Part shown: positions 39,702-49,290 of the stretch, piece after piece | Layout: the number at the start of each line of letters is the position of its first letter | Position numbering within the stretch: position 1 is the first letter of the stretch | NCBI GenBank assembly: GCA_041662205.1 | Contig: JBAZSZ010000001.1 | Coordinates: 159,107 to 223,106 of the forward strand | Direction: 5' to 3' | DNA: 64,000 nt | Origin: Minisyncoccota bacterium | GTDB taxonomy: Bacteria > Patescibacteriota > Minisyncoccia > Phycocordibacterales > UBA9973 | Position numbers and translations under genes: made by a program | Notes under the pieces: generated by a model | Seen by the model: the letters and a program-made list of their open reading frames with translations, nothing else | Told to the model about the DNA's origin: nothing | The model's database searches: none

Positions 39702-40460
39702 ATGAGTATTTTGAAATATTTAGATAAGAATAATTTACATCATGCATATTTGATAGAAGGTGAGCAAGATGAAATTATACCTGAAATCATTGGTTTCTTA
39801 AAAGACTTAGGAATAAATACCGTTGGCAATTCTGATTTTATTCATATGAATTTAGATTCCTTTAAAATAGAGGATGCTCGAAATTTAAAATCTTACGGAA
39901 CACAAAAAGGCCTTTCTTCGAGTAAAAAAATATTTATTATCTCCGCCAATAGTTTCCTCTTGGAGGCACAAAATAGTTTATTAAAAATGTTTGAAGAGCC
40001 AATAGAAAATACGTTTTTCTTTTTAATAGTTCCAGATATTAATATCCTTTTAAAAACTTTTATTTCTAGATTTTATTTAATCAGAGCGAGGCAAGGCCTA
40101 GATGAAAAAGAAGTTAAAGAAGTGGAAAAGTTTATAAATTTGCCTTTAAAAGATAGAATTGAATTTATAAAAGAATTACTTGTTGTGCCTGAAGAAGAAG
40201 GGAACATTTCTCCACTCGATTCCGCTCGCTCTAAAGCTTTGAAATTTTTAAATACGCTGGAAAGTTCATTGCATAGCAACTTTGTAAAGAATTTTGAACA
40301 TGGAAGGTTCCATCCGGAGGATGGAGTAAAATGGAAAAACTCTTTACAAAGTTGCTTCTTACATTTTTTTAAAGTTCGAGAATTTCTTCGGATGCCAGGA
40401 AGTTCAACAAAAAGTCTGATGGAATCGGTGGCATTGATTACACCAAATATGTTACAATAG
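39702..40460 (+). CDS. holB: DNA polymerase III delta' subunit-like
   Basis: AAA+-like N-terminal region (HAYLIEG...) and the FEEP sensor region. Confidence 0.65.
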   Translation: MSILKYLDKNNLHHAYLIEGEQDEIIPEIIGFLKDLGINTVGNSDFIHMNLDSFKIEDARNLKSYGTQKGLSSSKKIFIISANSFLLEAQNSLLKMFEEPIENTFFFLIVPDINILLKTFISRFYLIRARQGLDEKEVKEVEKFINLPLKDRIEFIKELLVVPEEEGNISPLDSARSKALKFLNTLESSLHSNFVKNFEHGRFHPEDGVKWKNSLQSCFLHFFKVREFLRMPGSSTKSLMESVALITPNMLQ

Positions 40461-40464
40461 ATTT

Positions 40465-41016
40465 ATGCAATATAATTTTTCAAATTTTAAAATGGAGCTT
40501 AAGAAGGTGGAGGAATTTTTAGGCAAGGAGTATAGTCAGCTCAATATTGGACGGGCCTCACCGATGATACTCGACAGTGTGTCTGTCGAATCATATGGTT
40601 CATTTGTCCCTTTGAAGAATATAGCTTCTGTCTCTATTGAAGATCCTAAAACATTACGCATAGCTCCTTGGGACAAGTCTCAGGTAAAAATGATAGAAAA
40701 GGCTATTGTCGGCTCAAATCTTGGATTATCTGTGGCAACTGATGATCAAGGGATAAGGGTTATTTTCCCACAATTAACGACTGATACGAGAAAAACTCTG
40801 GTAAAAGTTTTAAAAGAAAAATTAGAAGAACAGAGGATTGTTGTGCGTCGTGAACGTGAAGCTATTTTGAGTGACATAGAGGCAAAAGAAAAAGAAGGTA
40901 AGATAACAGAAGACGAAAAATTTCGGGCAAAAGAGGAATTACAAAAAATCGTCAATGAAACAAATGGTAATTTAGAAGCTACTTTTGAGAAAAAAGAAAC
41001 AGAAGTAATGGGGTAA
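40465..41016 (+). CDS. frr: Ribosome recycling factor
   Basis: RRF pattern (IGRASPMILD...RIAPWDKS...). Confidence 0.85.
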   Translation: MQYNFSNFKMELKKVEEFLGKEYSQLNIGRASPMILDSVSVESYGSFVPLKNIASVSIEDPKTLRIAPWDKSQVKMIEKAIVGSNLGLSVATDDQGIRVIFPQLTTDTRKTLVKVLKEKLEEQRIVVRREREAILSDIEAKEKEGKITEDEKFRAKEELQKIVNETNGNLEATFEKKETEVMG

Positions 41017-41020
41017 TATT

Positions 41021-42115
41021 ATGAGCATTGTAATTTTTATCATAATACTTTTAGTGTTAGTCCTCGTCCATGAGTTTGGGCATTTTTTTAGTGCAAAAAA
41101 ATTTGGTATTAAAGTAGATGAATTTGGTTTTGGTTTTCCGCCGAAATTATTTAGTTTCAAAAAAGGGGAGACTGAATATAGTTTTAATTTATTACCCTTG
41201 GGTGGCTTTGTGAAGATTTTTGGTGAGAATCCAGATGGTGAAAACACTAATGGTCCTGAAGCAGACAGGAGTTTTGTCAATAAGCCAAAATGGCAACAAG
41301 CGATAGTGCTTTTTGCTGGGATTTTTGCAAATTTTTTATTAGCTTGGTTATTATTTTCTATAGGTTTTATTTCTGGATTTCCTACTTCAGTTGGTGGTGG
41401 ACTCTCTAATTATAAATTAGAAGATGTAAATTTAGTGATTGTTTCTATTCTACCAAAGTCTCCTGCAGAAAATGCTGGACTCAAAATAGGTGATAAAATA
41501 ATAAATATAAAAAATAATAATAATTTTACGTCTGACGTAAGTCCTGAAACTATAAAATCTTTTGTGACTAAGGGTGAAGGAAAAGAAATAGATATTGGAT
41601 ACATTCGAGGGAAAAATTCTGAGGTAAATATCGCAAAAATAAGTCCAAAAGAAAATAATGGCGAATTTACTATTGGAATTTCAATGGATAAGATTGGCAC
41701 AGCTAAATTGCCTTTTTTTACCGCCTTCATTGAGGGAATGAAGCTGACACTGTTTACAACCAAAAATACTGCTGTAGGGCTTTATACGCTTATTGTTGAT
41801 GGATTGCGAGGTCAGGGTAGTTTTTCTTCAGTAACTGGTCCAGTGGGTATCGTGGGTATTGTAGGTGATGCTTATCAATTTGGCTTTGTTTATCTTTTAT
41901 CTTTTGCTGCTCTGATTTCAATAAATCTTGCAATTATAAATTTTATACCATTTCCAGCTCTCGACGGTGGACGACTTTTCTTTTTATTGATTGAAAAAAT
42001 TAAAGGATCACGTATTAATCCAAAAGTAGCAAATACTGCAAATATGATTGGTTTTGGTATTTTGATATTGCTTATGATTGTCATTACCTACCACGATATA
42101 GTTAAGTTGTTTTAG
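41021..42115 (+). CDS. rseP: Site-2 protease RseP (M50 family) with a PDZ domain
   Basis: HEFGHFF motif, a PDZ domain and C-terminal LDGG. Confidence 0.8.
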   Translation: MSIVIFIIILLVLVLVHEFGHFFSAKKFGIKVDEFGFGFPPKLFSFKKGETEYSFNLLPLGGFVKIFGENPDGENTNGPEADRSFVNKPKWQQAIVLFAGIFANFLLAWLLFSIGFISGFPTSVGGGLSNYKLEDVNLVIVSILPKSPAENAGLKIGDKIINIKNNNNFTSDVSPETIKSFVTKGEGKEIDIGYIRGKNSEVNIAKISPKENNGEFTIGISMDKIGTAKLPFFTAFIEGMKLTLFTTKNTAVGLYTLIVDGLRGQGSFSSVTGPVGIVGIVGDAYQFGFVYLLSFAALISINLAIINFIPFPALDGGRLFFLLIEKIKGSRINPKVANTANMIGFGILILLMIVITYHDIVKLF

Positions 42116-42117
42116 AA

Positions 42118-42867
42118 ATGCCAAAAGTAAAACTAATTCATGAAGTTCGAGCATTTAAAAGCAAGAAAGAACTTGCGAATATTATCAAAGCGCAAAGAAT
42201 TAGCGAAAAAGTTCTATATGATGTTTTAAAATATTTAAGAAATGGTATAAGCGAACTTGAAGTTGCTAATTTTATTAAAAAATCTTTTGTAAAATATGGC
42301 GCACCTATTTTATCTTTTACCCCTATTGTTTCTTTTGGTAAAAATACCGCTAACGTTCATCATGAGCCAGGAAAGACAAAGCTAAAAAAGCCTACCCGTC
42401 GTGGCGGGGCGGATACAATAATGTTAGATTTTGGATGTACGGTGAATCATTATTGCTCAGACATGACGAGGACTTACTTTTACGGAGAGCCAAATTTGAA
42501 ACAAAAGAAAATATATTTAGCAGTTTTGAGGGCTCAAGAGCTTGCTTTAGGTAAAATAAAAAAAGGGGAGCGAAGAGCAAAAATTATAGATAGAGCCGCA
42601 AGAGATTTTTTAAGTAAAAGGTATGGTGTTAAAAAGTTTGCTCATGGTTTGGGTCATGGTGTCGGCACCGTCATTCACGAATGGCCGAATTTTAAACCAA
42701 AAAGTGAGGATCTGATTCCTGCAGGATGTGTAATGACCGTAGAGCCCGGACTTTATTTTAAAGGATTTGGTGGAGTGAGAATAGAGGATATGGTTTTAAT
42801 AACAAAAAAGGGCTATAAGAATTTAACAAATACCCCCAAGGATTTAAAGAGTGCGATTTTAAAATAA
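42118..42867 (+). CDS. map: Methionine aminopeptidase (M24 family)
   Basis: Metal-ligand pattern D..D...H..E..E (HGLGHGVG, VEPGLY); about 250 aa. Confidence 0.65.
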   Translation: MPKVKLIHEVRAFKSKKELANIIKAQRISEKVLYDVLKYLRNGISELEVANFIKKSFVKYGAPILSFTPIVSFGKNTANVHHEPGKTKLKKPTRRGGADTIMLDFGCTVNHYCSDMTRTYFYGEPNLKQKKIYLAVLRAQELALGKIKKGERRAKIIDRAARDFLSKRYGVKKFAHGLGHGVGTVIHEWPNFKPKSEDLIPAGCVMTVEPGLYFKGFGGVRIEDMVLITKKGYKNLTNTPKDLKSAILK

Positions 42868-42880
42868 TTTAGGTATAATA

Positions 42881-43855
42881 TTGCTTATGAAAAATAAAAA
42901 GATTAAAATCGGAGTGCTTTTGGGGGGAAAATCAGCGGAGCATGAGGTGTCGCTTAAATCTGCCAATAATGTTATCAAGGCATTAGATAAAACAAAATAT
43001 ATAATAACCCCGATAAAAATAAACAAAGATGGGAAATTTGATTTTAATAATCTTAAAAATTTTGATGTAATTTTTCCAGTAATGCATGGGCCTTTCGGTG
43101 AAGATGGTAGTATGCAAGGTCTTTTAAGGCTTGCCAGTGTTCCTTTTGTGGGTCCTAGTGTGCTCGGTTCAGCGGTTGGGATGGATAAAGACATTGCAAA
43201 AAGACTTTTACGAGATGCTGGTATCCCTATTGGAAAATTTATCACTATTAAATTGGGTGATAAAATAAATTTTAGTAAAATTAAAAAAGAACTTAGTTTG
43301 CCACTTTTTATAAAACCAGCCAATATGGGTTCATCAGTCGGAGTGAGTAAGGTGCGAAATGAAAAAGAATTTAAAAAAGCTATTAATGAAGCTTTTAAGT
43401 TTGATACTAAAGTAATTATTGAAGAATTTATAGAAGGACGCGAAATAGAATGCGCTTTACTGGGAAACGATACGCCTATGGCATCTATACCAGGTGAAAT
43501 TATCGCTAATCAAGATTTTTATTCTTATAACGCAAAATATATTGATGAGGGATCTGTAGCAGTTATTCCAGCTAAAATTGATAAAAAAACAACAAAAAGA
43601 ATTCAAGAGTTGGCTATTAAAACATTTCAAGCGCTTAATTGTGAAGGAATGAGTCGGGTAGATTTTTTCCTTAAAAAAAATGGAGATATTTTAGTAAATG
43701 AAATAAATACAATTCCGGGATTTACTGATATCAGTATGTACCCAAAATTATGGGAAGCGAGCGGTGTCTCTGCGTTAAAACTCTTAGATAAATTGCTCGA
43801 GCTTGCGATAGAGAGATTTGAAAAAGAACAGAAATTACAAACAACAGTTAAATAA
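42881..43855 (+). CDS. ddl: D-alanine--D-alanine ligase
   Basis: ATP-grasp fold; IKIGVLLGGKSAEHEVSL N-terminus. Confidence 0.85.
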   Translation: MLMKNKKIKIGVLLGGKSAEHEVSLKSANNVIKALDKTKYIITPIKINKDGKFDFNNLKNFDVIFPVMHGPFGEDGSMQGLLRLASVPFVGPSVLGSAVGMDKDIAKRLLRDAGIPIGKFITIKLGDKINFSKIKKELSLPLFIKPANMGSSVGVSKVRNEKEFKKAINEAFKFDTKVIIEEFIEGREIECALLGNDTPMASIPGEIIANQDFYSYNAKYIDEGSVAVIPAKIDKKTTKRIQELAIKTFQALNCEGMSRVDFFLKKNGDILVNEINTIPGFTDISMYPKLWEASGVSALKLLDKLLELAIERFEKEQKLQTTVK

Positions 43856-44999
43856 TTTTATTGTGAAAAAAAATATACCTCTTTCGCACATAGAGCTTTC
43901 TAAAAATAACTTAATTTATAATATCAAGCAATTTAAGGATTTAGCCAAGGCGGGAATAAGATTTTCTGTTGCTATTAAAGGTAATGCCTATGGTCACGGA
44001 CAAAATGAAGTGGCTCAAATTCTTGAGCCAAATGTAGATTATTTTCAGGTTGATAGTTTTGAAGAGTTGAGATTGTTAAGAAAAGTAAGTAAAAAGGAAA
44101 CACTTGTCTTGGGTTGTGTACAAAAATCTGATTTGATACATATCATTAAACTTAAATGCATTTTATCTATTTTTTCACTAGAACAATTAAAAGAAATAAA
44201 TAAAATAGCAGGAAAAATTAGAATAAAACAAGAAATTCATTTACCAGTAGATGCATATTTAGGACGGGAGGGATTTTTATTAAGTGAGCTACCGAAAGTT
44301 TTTAATGAAATAAAGAAATGTAGATTTATAAAACTTACAGGTATTTATGGGCATTTTGCAAACATTGAAGACACGACAGATTTTTCTCATGCTCGTAAAC
44401 AAATTGAAGAATATAAAAAAGCCTTGGCATTAGTTGAAAAAAATGGTTTTAAAAATCTTCAAACACATATGTCAGCGACATCAGGACTTTTGGTTTATGA
44501 GAAAAATCTAGGAATTAATTCAATTATTCGTCTAGGTATTGGTATGTATGGTATGTGGCCTTCGGAACATTTAAAACATTTATACAAAAATAAAATTAAA
44601 TTAAAGCCAGTGTTGTCTTGGAAAACAAAAGTTGCCCAAATTAAAATTTTACACAAAGGGAGAACCATCGGCTATGGGCTCACTTATAAAACAAAAAAAG
44701 AAACTAAAATTGCAATAATTCCGCAAGGCTATGCAGATGGTTTTGATCGAGGTTTTTCTAATAATGGTTTTGTGTTGATTGGTGGTACTAGGTGTAGGAT
44801 TTTAGGCAGAGTGTCGATGAATATGTTTGTAGTGGACGTGAGTCATTTATCTAAAATTAAAATAGAAGACGAAGTTGTAATATTGGGTAAACAAGGTAAA
44901 GAAGAAATAACAGCAGAAGAGATGGCAGAGAGAATTAATACTATTAATTATGAGATAACCACAAGGATTAGTGCGCTATTGCCGAGGGTGATTATATAA
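43818..44999 (+). CDS. alr: Alanine racemase
   Basis: PLP lysine motif VAIKGNAYGHG. The ATG start overlaps ddl by 38 nt; an in-frame GTG at 43863 is an alternative start. Confidence 0.85.
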   Translation: MKKNRNYKQQLNNFIVKKNIPLSHIELSKNNLIYNIKQFKDLAKAGIRFSVAIKGNAYGHGQNEVAQILEPNVDYFQVDSFEELRLLRKVSKKETLVLGCVQKSDLIHIIKLKCILSIFSLEQLKEINKIAGKIRIKQEIHLPVDAYLGREGFLLSELPKVFNEIKKCRFIKLTGIYGHFANIEDTTDFSHARKQIEEYKKALALVEKNGFKNLQTHMSATSGLLVYEKNLGINSIIRLGIGMYGMWPSEHLKHLYKNKIKLKPVLSWKTKVAQIKILHKGRTIGYGLTYKTKKETKIAIIPQGYADGFDRGFSNNGFVLIGGTRCRILGRVSMNMFVVDVSHLSKIKIEDEVVILGKQGKEEITAEEMAERINTINYEITTRISALLPRVII

Positions 45000-45063
45000 G
45001 CCCTTCCCCGTACCGTGCTTGTTCTGGTTCGGGGTTGCATTTTCTTATTTTTTATATTAATCT

Positions 45064-45228
45064 ATGTATATGTCACAAGATAGACTTATAAAACTTGGCT
45101 GTGGGACTTGCAAACGTATAAATTACTGGTCCAGCAAGAACAAAAAACTCGTCACTAAAAAAATCGAGCTCAAAAAGTATTGCAAATGGTGCCGAAAGCA
45201 GACTAAGCATAAAGAAGTAAAAAAGTAG
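45064..45228 (+). CDS. rpmG: Ribosomal protein L33, not in the ORF track
   Basis: The translation ...IKLGCGTCKRINYWSSKNKK...IELKKYCKWCRKQTKHKEVKK matches the L33 zinc-ribbon pattern; a terminator follows. Confidence 0.8.
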   Translation: MYMSQDRLIKLGCGTCKRINYWSSKNKKLVTKKIELKKYCKWCRKQTKHKEVKK

Positions 45229-45256
45229 ATTTTATCTGTTTTTCTGCTATACTAAA

Positions 45257-45279
45257 GACGGCCGTTGGTCGTTTTTTTG
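45257..45279 (+). terminator. Rho-independent terminator after rpmG
   Basis: acggcc-gtt-ggtcgt hairpin followed by TTTTTTT. Confidence 0.5.
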
Positions 45280-45292
45280 TTAAGTATTATAA

Positions 45293-45363
45293 GGGCGATT
45301 AGTTTAGTGGTAGAACGAAGGCCTCCAAATCCTTTGGCGGGGGTTCGATTCCCTCATCGCCCG
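45293..45363 (+). tRNA. tRNA-Trp (anticodon CCA)
   Basis: Cloverleaf: acceptor GGGCGAT/ATCGCCC, anticodon loop CTCCAAA, T-arm GGGGG-TTCGATT-CCCTC. 71 nt. Confidence 0.85.
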
Positions 45364-45473
45364 CAGGACGATAGCAAGCAAACTGCTTTGCTTGTGTGAG
45401 GGAAGCGAAAAGCTTTTCATAATTCAGCAAAGCTGAATTGAAAAGGTATGCTGTTTCTGTAAGGAAAGATTAC
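45364..45473 (+). other. About 110-nt hairpin-rich insert following tRNA-Trp, homologous to the insert after tRNA-Leu
   Basis: Contains the caagcaaa-ctgc-tttgcttg and ttcagc-aaa-gctgaa hairpins. Roughly 60-70% identical (estimated by eye) to 49196-49281 in the tRNA-relative orientation. Confidence 0.45.
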
Positions 45474-45488
45474 CCCTCATCGCCCGCA
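45474..45488 (+). repeat. Duplicated 3' end of tRNA-Trp (ccctcatcgcccgca)
   Basis: Exact 15-nt copy of the tRNA T-stem 3' strand plus acceptor 3' strand, in direct orientation about 110 nt downstream. Confidence 0.6.
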
Positions 45489-45523
45489 AACGTTTTTGTT
45501 AAAAAGTAAATATATAAAAAAAT

Positions 45524-45898
45524 ATGATTGATGGTTTTAAATTAAATCCAGGAAAATTGCATGATAAAAACTTCGACAAAAAGACGGGTGCTTCTGTTGC
45601 CTATGAAGAAATGGAGCGGCTGCAAAAAATACTCAAAAAACTAGATGAGGAAATAGAATCTAGTGAAGAATTTATGATGAGATTAGAAAAACATGCAGAA
45701 GGTTTGCGACAACGATCTCCGCATTTGCCTCAATTGAAGGACATGGAAGTAGCCATTAGGAATGGACGAAAAGAGCTAGATCGTATGATAGCAGATAAAA
45801 ATATACTAGTAGAGGAAATAGAAAATTTGTTTGACGCCCATCGAACCTTTACCGAAGCATTGGAATCAATGGATGAAAATACTAATAAGGGAAATTAG
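45524..45898 (+). CDS. Hypothetical coiled-coil protein (124 aa)
   Basis: ORF with a plausible start; no recognisable motif. Confidence 0.4.
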   Translation: MIDGFKLNPGKLHDKNFDKKTGASVAYEEMERLQKILKKLDEEIESSEEFMMRLEKHAEGLRQRSPHLPQLKDMEVAIRNGRKELDRMIADKNILVEEIENLFDAHRTFTEALESMDENTNKGN

Positions 45899-45944
45899 AG
45901 TAATAAAATATTGTAAATTAAAAAAATAATATAATAAAATAATT

Positions 45945-46613
45945 ATGCAAAAAAATTATAAATATTTAGGAGCTATAAGTGTATTCTTTGTTTCAATTTT
46001 ATTGATTTCCAACGTGGCTTCAACCAAGATAGTAGATTTAAAATGGTTTGTTTTTGATGGAGGGACTTTGCTTTTTCCGCTTTCTTATATTTTTGGAGAC
46101 ATTTTAACTGAAGTCTATGGTTACAAAAAATCTAGAAATGTTATTTGGCTAGGTTTTTTTATGGCTTTATTAATGTCAGTCATATTTATCATAGTTGGAA
46201 AGCTTCCTGCGGCTTCTGGTTGGGATAATCAAGTAGCTTATGATGCTATTTTAGGATTAACCCCAAGAATCGTTATAGCTAGCTTGATAGCTTATTTCTC
46301 TGGAGAATTTTCTAATTCATATATTTTAGCCAAAATGAAAATCTGGACTAGTGGCAAAATGCTTTGGGCTAGAACTATCGGGTCCACAGTCGTAGGTGAA
46401 TTTGTGGACAGTACTCTTTTTATCTTGATAGCTTTTTGGGGTATTTTTCCAAACTCTCTGATTGTGACATTGATAATTTCTAACTATATTTTCAAAACTG
46501 CGGTGGAGGTGTTGTTTACCCCAGTAACTTATAAAGTTGTAAAATTCTTAAAGAGGGAAGAAGAAGAAGATTATTACGACAAAGACACGAATTTTAATCC
46601 GTTTAAAATTTAA
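45945..46613 (+). CDS. Queuosine-precursor transporter (YhhQ/DUF165 family)
   Basis: Six TM helices; the FPLSYIFGDILTEVYGY motif is typical of YhhQ. Confidence 0.7.
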   Translation: MQKNYKYLGAISVFFVSILLISNVASTKIVDLKWFVFDGGTLLFPLSYIFGDILTEVYGYKKSRNVIWLGFFMALLMSVIFIIVGKLPAASGWDNQVAYDAILGLTPRIVIASLIAYFSGEFSNSYILAKMKIWTSGKMLWARTIGSTVVGEFVDSTLFILIAFWGIFPNSLIVTLIISNYIFKTAVEVLFTPVTYKVVKFLKREEEEDYYDKDTNFNPFKI

Positions 46614-46629
46614 TAAATATTTTTTTGAT

Positions 46630-46971
46630 TTATTCTTCTTTCTCGAATACTTCAAAAACCCAGTTTACTATTGCAAGTATAATACCAAATAAAAATGCGG
46701 ACCAGAAACTATCTACTGTAAATCCAGGGACGATATAGCTTGCGAGCATGACTAATAGTCCATTGATAACTAATATAAAAAGCCCAAGCGTGAAGATTGT
46801 AATAGGCAAAGTCAGAAATATGAGTATTGGGCGCAGGATTAGATTGATGGCTCCGAGCACAACTGCGAGAATAAAAGCAGCCAGAAGACCACTGACATGC
46901 ACTCCTGGTAAAATATAAGCTGTTATTAATATTGCGATAGCCGAAACAACAAAATGTATTAATGTTTTCAT
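46630..46971 (-). CDS. Phage-holin-family-4-like (DUF360) 4-TM membrane protein
   Basis: 113 aa, four TM helices; the pattern matches the holin_4/DUF360 superfamily. Confidence 0.55.
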   Translation of the reverse strand: MKTLIHFVVSAIAILITAYILPGVHVSGLLAAFILAVVLGAINLILRPILIFLTLPITIFTLGLFILVINGLLVMLASYIVPGFTVDSFWSAFLFGIILAIVNWVFEVFEKEE

Positions 46972-47825
46972 AGTCTTTTTATTATAACAGATTTTGATGC
47001 GTCAAACCATTTTATTTCCTTATCCCGCTTGAACCATGTTATCTGGCGTTTGGCATATTTTAAAGTTTCAGTAATCACTGTTTCTGGTGTTGGATTATAG
47101 TATTCAAAGCCCAATTCTTTTAGTCGCTTATCTGAAATACCCTCTTTTTTAAGTTTTTTTATTTCATTAAGTAGTCCGTCCTTAAACATTTTTTTTACTC
47201 TTTTTTCCACTTTCTTTTTTAATTTATCTGTCGGTAAAAATAATCCAATTTTAATAAATTTATACGGCGGAGGCGTTGCCTCCGCCGTAGGGACTTTGCC
47301 TAGAGTCTTGGCTATTTCTATCGCTCTGATGAGTCTGACTTTATTTTTAGTGTCTATGTTATCAGCGCACCTTCGATCTAGTTTTTTTAATATTTTTAAT
47401 AATTCTGTTAATGATTTTTTTTCTAAAATTTTTCTTAACTTTATATTTGGTGGTACTTCTGGGAAAATGATTCCTTTAGTAATAGCGTCAATATAAAATC
47501 CTGTTCCTCCGCAAATGATGGGCGTATTGCCACGAGCTAGTATTTCTTTTATTTTTTCTTCCGTTAATTCTTTATATTTTGCAACTGTAAATTTACGTTT
47601 TACATTTATCACGTCAAGTAAATAATGTGGAATACCCTTCATTTCCTTTTTTGTTATTTTTCCCGTACCGATATCAAGACCTTTATAAACTTGTCTAGAA
47701 TCAGCAGAAATAATCTCACCATTAACCTTCTTGGCGATTTTGACAGCTAAATCACTTTTGCCAGTAGCTGTTTGTCCTAAGATTACAATAATCTTAGGCT
47801 TCCGCAAAAAGTTTCTTTTCTTCAT
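46968..47825 (-). CDS. miaA: tRNA dimethylallyltransferase
   Basis: P-loop ILGQTATGKS and MiaA-type core. Confidence 0.85.
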   Translation of the reverse strand: MKKRNFLRKPKIIVILGQTATGKSDLAVKIAKKVNGEIISADSRQVYKGLDIGTGKITKKEMKGIPHYLLDVINVKRKFTVAKYKELTEEKIKEILARGNTPIICGGTGFYIDAITKGIIFPEVPPNIKLRKILEKKSLTELLKILKKLDRRCADNIDTKNKVRLIRAIEIAKTLGKVPTAEATPPPYKFIKIGLFLPTDKLKKKVEKRVKKMFKDGLLNEIKKLKKEGISDKRLKELGFEYYNPTPETVITETLKYAKRQITWFKRDKEIKWFDASKSVIIKRL

Positions 47826-47829
47826 ATGC

Positions 47830-49161
47830 CTATTTTAAAATTTTAATATCCGCGCCAATTGTATTTAGTCGCTTGGCTATTCCTTCATAACCGCGATTTA
47901 TCATGTATACATTTCGAAGTATTGAAGTTCCAGGGGCTGCCAACATAGAAATAAGAATAACCATAGATGGACGAAGAGCAGGCGGACACACGACTTGAGC
48001 TGCTTTGAGCGGTGTTCCACCTTGAATATAAACTCGATGAGGGTCAGCCAGGGTAATACTTGCTCCTAGTCGATTTAGCTCGGTAAAATAAATTGCTCGA
48101 TTTTCATAAACCCAATCATGGATCATGGTTTGGCCCTTTGCACGAATTGCGATAGGAACAAAAAAGGGAAGATTATCTATATTTATTCCAGGGTAAGGGT
48201 TTGAATGAATTTTATCCTCTAAAGCTACTAATTTACTAGGAAATATTTCAATATCTGTAAGTTTTGTCCTACCATTGTATGAATAATATTTCTTCAGAAT
48301 TTTATATTTCAAATTCATCCTTTTTAATTTTTCAAGTTCCAACGAAAGAAAATCTATCGGGCATCTAGTGATAGTGAGTCTTGAGTCTGTAATTATACAA
48401 GCGGAAATAAACATCATAGATTCAATAGGATCTTCACTATTCCAGTATTCAATATCTTTATTTATTTCTTTGATTCCGTGGACTATCAAAGAGGCGGTGC
48501 CGATTCCTTCTATTTTCACACCCAATGCTTCAAGAAAGAAACAAATTTCCTGTACCATATAGTTTGCGCTAGCGAAACTTATTGTGGTCGTGCCGTCTAT
48601 CAAAGCGGCTGCAGTTAAAACGTTTTCACAAGCGGTATCCCCAGATTCATACATTATGATCTCTGCCGGGTTTAATTTTTTTGAACTAATTTCATAATTT
48701 TCTTCAGTAGTTTTTATTTTTACACCAAGTTTTTCCAAAGCGTAAATATGGGCAGCGATAGTGCGTCTTCCTAAATTGCATCCCTGTGCGTGAGGCAAAG
48801 AAAAAGAAGAGAGTGTGTGAATGAGTGGTCCTATTAGCATGACAACCGAACGTGTCTTGATAGCTGACTCGACGTTTATATTTTTTAAATCAAATTTTTT
48901 GGGAGGGGTGATAATTACAGTATTTTGATCTTGCCATTTAACTTTCACATCGATACTTTCTAGTATCTCGATCACCCTATAAACTTCTTCAATCTTGGCA
49001 ATGCCGTGCAGGGTAGTCGTGCCTTTATTCAACAAAGAAGCGCAAAGAAGCCCTACTGAGCCGTTCTTAGAGAAGTTAGTTTTAATGCTTCCACTCAATT
49101 TCTTCCCGCCATTTACTTTGAAATCAGTGGAATTACTTAATTGTATTTTTTTGTTTTCCAT
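47830..49161 (-). CDS. murA: UDP-N-acetylglucosamine 1-carboxyvinyltransferase
   Basis: EPSP-synthase-fold MurA signatures along the length of the protein. Confidence 0.9.
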   Translation of the reverse strand: MENKKIQLSNSTDFKVNGGKKLSGSIKTNFSKNGSVGLLCASLLNKGTTTLHGIAKIEEVYRVIEILESIDVKVKWQDQNTVIITPPKKFDLKNINVESAIKTRSVVMLIGPLIHTLSSFSLPHAQGCNLGRRTIAAHIYALEKLGVKIKTTEENYEISSKKLNPAEIIMYESGDTACENVLTAAALIDGTTTISFASANYMVQEICFFLEALGVKIEGIGTASLIVHGIKEINKDIEYWNSEDPIESMMFISACIITDSRLTITRCPIDFLSLELEKLKRMNLKYKILKKYYSYNGRTKLTDIEIFPSKLVALEDKIHSNPYPGINIDNLPFFVPIAIRAKGQTMIHDWVYENRAIYFTELNRLGASITLADPHRVYIQGGTPLKAAQVVCPPALRPSMVILISMLAAPGTSILRNVYMINRGYEGIAKRLNTIGADIKILK

Positions 49162-49168
49162 TTTTTTA

Positions 49169-49195
49169 CTTACTCTGTGCCCAGGGAGAGAATCG
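49169..49195 (-). repeat. Duplicated 3' end of tRNA-Leu plus 9 nt of its 3' flank (27-nt direct repeat of 49282-49308)
   Basis: Exact copy of cttactctgtgcccagggagagaatcg, located just upstream of the murA start codon. Confidence 0.6.
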
Positions 49196-49281
49196 GCTAT
49201 TACATAGCCAGGTGATTTTCGGCTTCATTTTATTCAGCAACGAAAATCCTTTCGATTCCTCCACGTAAGCAAATAAGTTTG
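49196..49281 (-). other. About 86-nt insert between tRNA-Leu and its duplicated 3' end, homologous to the tRNA-Trp insert
   Basis: Hairpins GTAAGCAAA-CTTA-TTTGCTTAC and ggctat-tac-atagcc; the shared GTGGAGGAATCGAAAGGATTTTC block also appears in the Trp insert. Confidence 0.45.
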
Positions 49282-49290
49282 CTTACTCTG

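Noticed and set aside
45364-45473. Possible tiny secE-like ORF after tRNA-Trp, as expected from conserved synteny
   Set aside because: No open frame with a TM helix is present; the segment is non-coding and hairpin-rich.
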